Assembly: GCA_965279525.1 (NCBI GenBank)
Contig: CBDIIB010000004.1
Span: forward strand, 96,001-160,000
Length of the DNA stretch: 64,000 bases
Direction of reading: 5' to 3'
Origin: Tagaea sp.
GTDB taxonomy: Bacteria > Pseudomonadota > Alphaproteobacteria > CACIAM-22H2
A program made the position numbers and the translations under genes. The notes beneath the pieces are model-generated. The model was not told where the DNA came from, did no database searches, and saw nothing but the letters and a program-made list of their open reading frames with translations. This document shows, one piece after another, positions 57,517 through 64,000 of the stretch. Each line of letters opens with the position of its first letter. The first letter of the stretch is position 1.

Positions 57517-60146
57517 CACGCGGCCGTCCGGACGCCGGCTGCCAGTGCCGCAGCAAGCTCCGGCACACACGAGCCGCAATTGGTGCCCGCACGGGTCGCC
57601 ACCCCGATCGCGTCAGTCGTCTGGCATCCGCCGGCAATGGCTGCGTCGATCGAAGCACGTCGCACGCCATGGCAGGCGCACACGACCGGCCCCAGATCGA
57701 CGAAAGCGGCCGGCCGCCCGGCAAGAATGGCGCGACGAAGATGGGCCGGCATGTCGGCCTTGGCGAAAAGCCCGCCGAGCCAGGATCCGTCGGGAAGCGT
57801 GTCGCGCGGGCCGACGAACAGGCAGGCGGCAAGCCGCCCGTCGATGAATGTCGCAACGCGACGGCGGCCACCGGCGATATCGGCATACGACATGCGGTCG
57901 TCGTCGGTACCGACTAGGCGCTTGAGCAGTGCTGCATCCAGAGGCGCGCCATGCGCGATCTCGTAGCGGGTGTAGCCTTCGCCTGCACTCGCCACCCAAT
58001 AGTCGATACCTGTCAGATCGGCGGAGGCACGTGCGAGCAGGAAGCCCTGCCAGAGCGGTTTCCAGCGGGCAAGGCGCACCGGACTGTGCTTGAGCTCGGG
58101 CTGGCCCGAGAGCGGATCGACCGCCGGGTTGACCGCCGCGTTGACTCGCCCGGTGCGCGAATGCGTGCCCGTCCAGTGCATGGGGGCGAACACCGTTCCA
58201 GACGACTGGCCGGCCTCGATGCAAACGCGTAGCACTGCGGCACCCCACGGGCTTTCGATGCGCGCGAAGTCGCCTTCCGCAAGGCCCAGATGCTGCGCGT
58301 CCGCCGGCGCGATCGCGGCGTACGGTTCGACGACATGGCGCGCCAGGCGCGGCGATTTTCCGGTCCGCGTCATCGTGTGCCAGTGGTCGCGCACGCGCCC
58401 GGTATTGAGGATGAAGGGATATGTGGCATCGGGCCCATTGACCGGGCTGCGGTACGCGACCGGAAGAAAGCGGGCGTTGCCGTCGGGCGTGAAGAATCCG
58501 CCGGCGGCGAACATCCGAGCCGTCGGGCCGCCTTCACGCACCGGCCACTGGACAGGCTCCATGGCATCGAACGGAACGCCGACGAGACCGGAGAGATCGA
58601 AATCGCGCGCACCCCCGTTCTCGAATGCGGAAAGAGCCACGTGCTCGGCGAAGATCTCCCCGGCATTGCGCCAGGCGAACGCGTCGCCGGCACCGAGCCG
58701 GCGCGCGACGCCGGCGACGATCTTCCAGTCCGGCAGTGCTTCGCCGGGTGCGGGCAGGAAGGCGCGCTGACGTGATATGCGCCGCTCCGAGTTCGTGACC
58801 GTGCCATCCTTCTCGCCCCACGCGAGCGTCGGCAGCTTCACGTGCGCGTGGCGCAACGTGTCGGTATCCGCCACGCAATCGGAAACGACGACGAAGGGGC
58901 ATGCGGCGAGGGCGGCGGCCACGCGGTCGGCATCCGGCATGCTGGCAGCGGGATTGGTCGCCATGATCCACACGGCCTCGATCTCGCCCCGGCCGATGGC
59001 GGCGAACAGGTCGACGGCTTTCAGGCCCGGCTTGCGCGCGATGCAGGGCGCCTTCCAGAAATGCTCGACGCGCGCGACGTCGCCTTCGGCGAAATCCATG
59101 TGGGCCGCAAGCTGGTTGGCGAGTGCCCCGACTTCGCGTCCGCCCATCGCGTTGGGCTGGCCGGTGACCGAGAACGGCCCCATGCCCGGCCTGCCGATGC
59201 GCCCGGTGGCCAGATGGCAGTTGACGATCGCGTTCACCTTGTCGACGCCGGCCGACGACTGGTTCACGCCCTGCGAATAGACCGTGACTGTGCGCGGACT
59301 GGCTGCGAATTCGGCGAAGAACCGCGCGACGTCCCTTGCATCAAGATGGCACGCCGAAGCGACGGCGCCGGGATCTGCGAAAGCGGCGGCTGCGGCCAGT
59401 GCGTGCTCGAGATCGCGCGTGTGCCCGGCCACGAACGCGCGGTCGATGGCACCTGCCTTGTCGAGATGGGCCAGAAGCCCGCCGAACAGCGCGGCGTCGG
59501 AGCCCGCCGCAAGCGGCAGATGCAGATCCGCCCCTTCGCAGGTCGCGGTACGGCGCGGATCGACGACGACGATCCGCGGCAAGCCGCCGCGCTGCGCGCG
59601 GGCGGCAAGGATCCGCTGATGCAGGACCGGATGGCACCAGGCGAGATTCGAGCCGACCAGCACGATCAGGTCGGCCGCTTCCAGATCCTCGTAGTTGCCC
59701 GGCACGGTATCGGCGCCGAAGGCGCGCTTGTGGCCGGCGACGGAGGACGCCATGCACAGGCGCGAATTCGTGTCGATGTTTGCCGTCCCCAGCCAGCCCT
59801 TGATGAGCTTGTTGGCGGCGTAATAATCTTCGGTCAGCAGCTGGCCCGAGACATAAAAGGCGACCGCATCGGGGCCGCGCCGGCGGACCGTGTCGGCGAA
59901 CCTCTCGGCGACGAGATCGAGCGCTTCGTCCCAGCTCGCACGCCGGCCGCCGATCTCGGGATGGAGCAGGCGTCCGTCAAGCGACAGCGTTTCGCCCAAC
60001 GCCGAGCCTTTCGAGCAGAGTCGGCCGAAATTCGCCGGGTGCGCGGGATCGCCCGCGATTCCGGCACCGCCGGCACCATCGGGTGTCGCAAGGATTCCGC
60101 ACCCGACGCCGCAATAGGGGCAGGTCGTGCGCACGTCGCCCGCCAT
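57516..60146 (-). CDS. nasA: Assimilatory nitrate reductase catalytic subunit (Mo-bis-PGD, N-terminal 4Fe-4S, C-terminal BFD-like 2Fe-2S)
   Basis: TTCPYCGVGCG, SGQLLTEDYY, DTNSRLCMAS, GQPNAMGGREVG, HWHTMTRTG, CACHGV...GTNCGSC. Confidence 0.93.
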   Translation of the reverse strand: MAGDVRTTCPYCGVGCGILATPDGAGGAGIAGDPAHPANFGRLCSKGSALGETLSLDGRLLHPEIGGRRASWDEALDLVAERFADTVRRRGPDAVAFYVSGQLLTEDYYAANKLIKGWLGTANIDTNSRLCMASSVAGHKRAFGADTVPGNYEDLEAADLIVLVGSNLAWCHPVLHQRILAARAQRGGLPRIVVVDPRRTATCEGADLHLPLAAGSDAALFGGLLAHLDKAGAIDRAFVAGHTRDLEHALAAAAAFADPGAVASACHLDARDVARFFAEFAASPRTVTVYSQGVNQSSAGVDKVNAIVNCHLATGRIGRPGMGPFSVTGQPNAMGGREVGALANQLAAHMDFAEGDVARVEHFWKAPCIARKPGLKAVDLFAAIGRGEIEAVWIMATNPAASMPDADRVAAALAACPFVVVSDCVADTDTLRHAHVKLPTLAWGEKDGTVTNSERRISRQRAFLPAPGEALPDWKIVAGVARRLGAGDAFAWRNAGEIFAEHVALSAFENGGARDFDLSGLVGVPFDAMEPVQWPVREGGPTARMFAAGGFFTPDGNARFLPVAYRSPVNGPDATYPFILNTGRVRDHWHTMTRTGKSPRLARHVVEPYAAIAPADAQHLGLAEGDFARIESPWGAAVLRVCIEAGQSSGTVFAPMHWTGTHSRTGRVNAAVNPAVDPLSGQPELKHSPVRLARWKPLWQGFLLARASADLTGIDYWVASAGEGYTRYEIAHGAPLDAALLKRLVGTDDDRMSYADIAGGRRRVATFIDGRLAACLFVGPRDTLPDGSWLGGLFAKADMPAHLRRAILAGRPAAFVDLGPVVCACHGVRRASIDAAIAGGCQTTDAIGVATRAGTNCGSCVPELAAALAAGVRTAA

Positions 60147-61681
60147 CAATAGACGTCCCGCTGGTAGCGCCTGTCGGCGGCAAGGCGCTGCACGAAGGCC
60201 TTGGCGGCGGCGGCATCCATGCCGCCATGCGTGGCGACGACGGACTGGAGGGCGGCATCCACGTCGCGCGCCATGCGGCTTGCGTCGCCGCACACATAGA
60301 GGTGTGCGCCATCCTGCAGCCAGGCCCACATCTCGGCGCCGGCCGCGCGCATGCGGTCCTGCACGTAGATCTTCTCGGCCTGGTCGCGCGAGAAGGCGAG
60401 ATCAAGCCGCGTCAGCGTGCCGTCGGCGCGGAAGCCTTCGATCTCGTCGCGATAGATGAAGTCGCTGGCCTCGTGCTGGTCCCCGAAGAAAAGCCAGTTG
60501 CGGCCCTTGCCGGCACCCGCACGCCGCTCCTCGAGAAACGCGCGGAAGGGCGCGATCCCGGTCCCGGGCCCGACCATGATGACAGGCTTGCCCGGATCGG
60601 CCGGCAGGCGGAAGCCGTGTGCCGGCTGCACGAAGGCCTTGAGCCTGGCACCCGCGGCAAGCCGTTCGGAAAGGAAGGTCGAGGCCACGCCGTGCCGGTC
60701 GCGCGCGTTGCGCGAATAGCGCACGACGCCGACGGTCAGGTGGACCTCGCCGGGATGTGCCTTGGGCGACGAGGCGATCGAATAGAGGCGCGGCTGCAGC
60801 AGCTCGAGGGCGCCCAGCAACGCGTCGAGATCCGGGCGGATGGTCGCGAATGTCCGCAGCAGGTCGAGCAGGTCCGGATCGGCGAGGGGCGCATCGGCCG
60901 CCCCGTCGAGGATCTTGGCGAGGGCTGCCCGGTCGCCGGCATCGTCCGCCTGCTTCATCATCAGCTCGACGATGTTGTCGCCGGGCCGGGCGATATCGAG
61001 GCGGCGGGTCAGCGTGTCGCGCAGAGAGGCGCGCTGGCCATCGAGCTCGACGATGCGCTCGGGATCGGCCCCGAGTTCGGCGATCGTCGCCTCGACGAGG
61101 GCGGGATCGACTTCCGCGAACAGGCCGAACGCGTCGCCGACCTGATATTCGAGGCCCGTTCCGGAAAGATCGAACACGACATGGCGCGTGTCCTTGGCCG
61201 ATCCTTCGCCGTTGAGCGGGGTCGCCCCGCGGAACGTCGCCTCGGCCACGAGCCGGCCCGGCGGGTGGGCGGCTTCGGCCACGATGGCAGGTGCCGCCGC
61301 CGGCGCTTCGGCCAGCAACGCCCGCAATGCCTTCGACGTTTCCTTGCCGCCGGGCACGCACTTGCCGAGCGACTTCTCGGTTCCTTCCGCGATCGCCTCG
61401 GCATAGGTCTGGCAGAGATAGCCGCACTGGCCGCAATCGAGCTGGGCCATCGCGGCCATCAGCCGGCGCGCTGCGGGGCGATCCTTCGCAAGTTCCAGAC
61501 GCTCGTCGAGCAGCAGGGCGGCGTCGTGCCACGGGAAATCCTCGGCCGGTGCCGCCGGCGCGGCGGCCGGTCCCTCGATTACATCGCCACCCATCAAGCC
61601 GGCGAAAAAGCCGTTCAGCCACGCCCGCTGTGGCGGGCTGAAGGGCGCTTCTTCCGGAACGGACGGGATATAGACCGTCAT
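60146..61681 (-). CDS. Sulfite-reductase-flavoprotein-like FAD/NADPH reductase with an N-terminal 4Fe-4S domain
   Basis: DCGQCGYLC...[45 protein letters not shown]. Confidence 0.88.
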   Translation of the reverse strand: MTVYIPSVPEEAPFSPPQRAWLNGFFAGLMGGDVIEGPAAAPAAPAEDFPWHDAALLLDERLELAKDRPAARRLMAAMAQLDCGQCGYLCQTYAEAIAEGTEKSLGKCVPGGKETSKALRALLAEAPAAAPAIVAEAAHPPGRLVAEATFRGATPLNGEGSAKDTRHVVFDLSGTGLEYQVGDAFGLFAEVDPALVEATIAELGADPERIVELDGQRASLRDTLTRRLDIARPGDNIVELMMKQADDAGDRAALAKILDGAADAPLADPDLLDLLRTFATIRPDLDALLGALELLQPRLYSIASSPKAHPGEVHLTVGVVRYSRNARDRHGVASTFLSERLAAGARLKAFVQPAHGFRLPADPGKPVIMVGPGTGIAPFRAFLEERRAGAGKGRNWLFFGDQHEASDFIYRDEIEGFRADGTLTRLDLAFSRDQAEKIYVQDRMRAAGAEMWAWLQDGAHLYVCGDASRMARDVDAALQSVVATHGGMDAAAAKAFVQRLAADRRYQRDVY

Positions 61682-63459
61682 GCGGCGAGCCCGCGCGCGG
61701 CCGCAAGTGCGGCGGCCAGGAAAGCGACGTCATGCCGGTTCGCCCACGCCTGGAAGCTTTCGCTTGGCCGGCGTGTGTCGAGATATGCCGTGAGGATACG
61801 CTCGACACGGGCGGGAATCTCTTCGGCCGGCACGTCGCGCAGGATTTCGCGCGCGATCGACTGTCCGCTGCCTGCACCGCCGCCCAGATGCAGGTGATAT
61901 CCCTCGACGGACTCCTCGCCGCGCTCGATCTTCGTCGCGATTAGGCCGATATCGCCGACATAGTGCTGCGCGCAGGAATGGTGGCAGCCGGTCAGGTGGA
62001 TATTGACGGGCTGATCGAGGACCACGCGCCCGTCGAGATGGCGTGCGATCGCGTCGGCGTGGCCCTTGGTGTCGGACGCCGCGAACTTGCACCCCGCATT
62101 GCCCGTGCAGGCGACAAGCCCGCCGCGCGGATTGGAGGCGCGCCAGTCCAGGCCCAGTGCCTCGATCGCCGCCTTGACGGCATCGAGGGAGGCGTCGGGA
62201 ATGTCGGAAATCAGCAGGTTTTGCCAGACAGTCAGGCGCAACGTACCGCTGCCGAAGCGTTCGGCGATGTCGGCAAGGCCGCGCATCTGGGCCGCTTCCA
62301 GCCGACCCGCCGACATGATCACGCCGATCCAGTTGCGTCCGGCCTGTGCCTGCGCATGGACGCCGAGATGTCCCGCCCGATCGATGGGGGCGCGCGGTTC
62401 GCACGCGTCAAGAGAAAGCCGGTCGAGCGGGAAGGGCAGGAGCTTCTCGACTTCTGTCAGAAACTTCTCGAAGCCCCAGGAATCGAGCAGGTATTTGAGC
62501 CGGGCCTTCTTGCGGTCGGTCCGGTCGCCATGCGCGATGAACACCCGCAGGATCGCGTCGGAAACGGCGACGCAGCGCTCCGGCGCCACGACGATGCCGG
62601 TATCGCGCGCGAAGTCGCCGTGTCCGGTGATGCCGCCGAGCTGCAGGCGGAACCACACGCCGGGTGCCACCGCCTGTCCTTCGCCCACGCGCATGGCGGC
62701 GAAGCCGACGTCGTTGGTGTCCTCAAGCACGGCGATCTTGCCGCCGCCGTCGAAGGCGATGTTGAACTTGCGCGGCAGCGCGTAGAGATCGCGATGGTTG
62801 AGGATATGGTGCTGCAGGCGGCGCGCAAGCGGGCGCGTGTCGATCAGCTCCTGCGGGTCGATGCCGGCCGCCGGGCTGCCGGTGATGTTGCGAACGTTGT
62901 CGGCACCCGTCCCGCGGCTGGTGAGGCCGAGTTCCTGCAGTTCGATCAGGAAATCGGGTGCGTTGGCGGGCGCGATCTCACGGATCTGCAGGTTGTTGCG
63001 CGTCGTCACGTGCGAATAGCCCCCGCCCATCCGCTCGGCGAGATCGGCAAGGCCGCGCATCTGGCGGGCATCGAGCACGCCGTGATGGATGCGCAGCCGG
63101 CACATGAACGAATCCTGTGCCGGTGCGACGAAGAACAGGCCGAAATACTTGGTGAGAAAAACATCGGTGCCCTTGGGCGCGGCTCCCTTTTCGGCGGCGG
63201 CGACGAGTTCGTCCCACCGGTCGAGCGGCGGCTTGGCACGCTTGGCCTGTTCTTCGGCCGTCAGCTTGCCGCCCGACGCGATCGTGCGGTCCTGTGCGGC
63301 AATCAACGCCGCATCCGGCCCGGTCGGGGCGGCAGCACCCGTCGCTGCACTGCCGAGCAGCGGCGGCATGCCGAGTGCCGCGCGCTTGGCGGCGATCCCG
63401 CTGGCGAAGCCGGCCAGATACTGTTTCTGCTCGTCGCTGAAATCCTGGACGGGATCCAT
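61678..63459 (-). CDS. nirA: Siroheme nitrite reductase, NirA family
   Basis: [41 protein letters not shown] and [10 protein letters not shown] siroheme/4Fe-4S ligands. Confidence 0.88.
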   Translation of the reverse strand: MDPVQDFSDEQKQYLAGFASGIAAKRAALGMPPLLGSAATGAAAPTGPDAALIAAQDRTIASGGKLTAEEQAKRAKPPLDRWDELVAAAEKGAAPKGTDVFLTKYFGLFFVAPAQDSFMCRLRIHHGVLDARQMRGLADLAERMGGGYSHVTTRNNLQIREIAPANAPDFLIELQELGLTSRGTGADNVRNITGSPAAGIDPQELIDTRPLARRLQHHILNHRDLYALPRKFNIAFDGGGKIAVLEDTNDVGFAAMRVGEGQAVAPGVWFRLQLGGITGHGDFARDTGIVVAPERCVAVSDAILRVFIAHGDRTDRKKARLKYLLDSWGFEKFLTEVEKLLPFPLDRLSLDACEPRAPIDRAGHLGVHAQAQAGRNWIGVIMSAGRLEAAQMRGLADIAERFGSGTLRLTVWQNLLISDIPDASLDAVKAAIEALGLDWRASNPRGGLVACTGNAGCKFAASDTKGHADAIARHLDGRVVLDQPVNIHLTGCHHSCAQHYVGDIGLIATKIERGEESVEGYHLHLGGGAGSGQSIAREILRDVPAEEIPARVERILTAYLDTRRPSESFQAWANRHDVAFLAAALAAARGLAA

Positions 63460-63467
63460 CGTCGACC

Positions 63468-64000
63468 TCAATCGGCGGCGTGAGGCATGGGGTCGGCGTA
63501 GGCGCGCCCGAACGCGAGCCGGTCGCGGAGCGCGTCGACATCGCAAGCGGTCGCGATCAGTTCGGCATACCAGGCCGCATCCTCGACATCGCCGTAGAGA
63601 AGTGCTCCTTCCAGACGGCCGTCGCGCAACACGAATTTCCGGTAGACCGGTGCAGCGGGATCCGCGAGCACTAGCGTCTCGGCATCGGGGCCTTCGCGCA
63701 CGATTCCGGCGGAGAAGAGATCGATGCCAGAGACCTTCAGGCTCGTCGCCGGTGCGCTGCCTTCGAAGTTGGCACTGCGGCCGCACAGCGTATCGGCAAG
63801 AACGCGCGCCTGTTCCCAGATCGGACCGACGAGGCCGAAGGTCTGGCCGCGATGCTCGACACACTCGCCCAGCGCGTAGATCGCCGGATCGTCGGTGCAG
63901 AGCGTATCGTCGACAATCACGCCGCGCTTGCACGCAAGACCCGCTGCCCGTGCCAGCGACGCTTCCGGCACGATCCCAACGGCCAGGACGACGAGATCGG
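63468..64000 (-). CDS. NAD(P)/FAD-dependent oxidoreductase (NirB N-terminal/NasB-like), 3' part only
   Basis: [48 protein letters not shown]; runs off the window end. Confidence 0.85.
   Translation of the reverse strand, partial: DLVVLAVGIVPEASLARAAGLACKRGVIVDDTLCTDDPAIYALGECVEHRGQTFGLVGPIWEQARVLADTLCGRSANFEGSAPATSLKVSGIDLFSAGIVREGPDAETLVLADPAAPVYRKFVLRDGRLEGALLYGDVEDAAWYAELIATACDVDALRDRLAFGRAYADPMPHAAD

Noticed and set aside
1-64000. CRISPR array, IS element, integrase, prophage structural genes
   Set aside because: No regularly spaced repeats or transposase/recombinase/phage motifs seen by eye; a short degenerate element could have been missed

Overview
GC-rich, densely coding 64-kb window with an Alphaproteobacteria-like gene set (inferred from gene content), made almost entirely of transport and catabolic operons. 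In order: pgaBCD (PNAG exopolysaccharide); an iolR-iolC-SDR unit divergent from a Liv-type ABC operon that carries an odd third ATPase lacking the helical/signature subdomain; an Opp-type ABC with a GH51 arabinofuranosidase, a regulator and L-2-keto-3-deoxyarabonate dehydratase; a ~4.2-kb cassette bounded by two degenerate tRNA-Pro 3'-end direct repeats (NitT/TauT ABC plus two His-rich hypothetical paralogs behind a Fur/Mur-like box); a GNAT, a Tat-signal beta-propeller and a truncated lipase-like gene; an amine catabolic cluster built around a close PYROXD2-like flavoenzyme; a LysR-sulfatase-sugar ABC unit without an ATPase; a FadR regulon with two FAH hydrolases, an ABC and an Ldh2-family dehydrogenase; and an assimilatory nitrate/nitrite operon with a degenerate cysG. 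No CRISPR array, intact tRNA/rRNA, integrase or transposase was seen. Calls come from motif recognition by eye, and start codons were re-picked from RBS and gene overlaps; no database searches were run.
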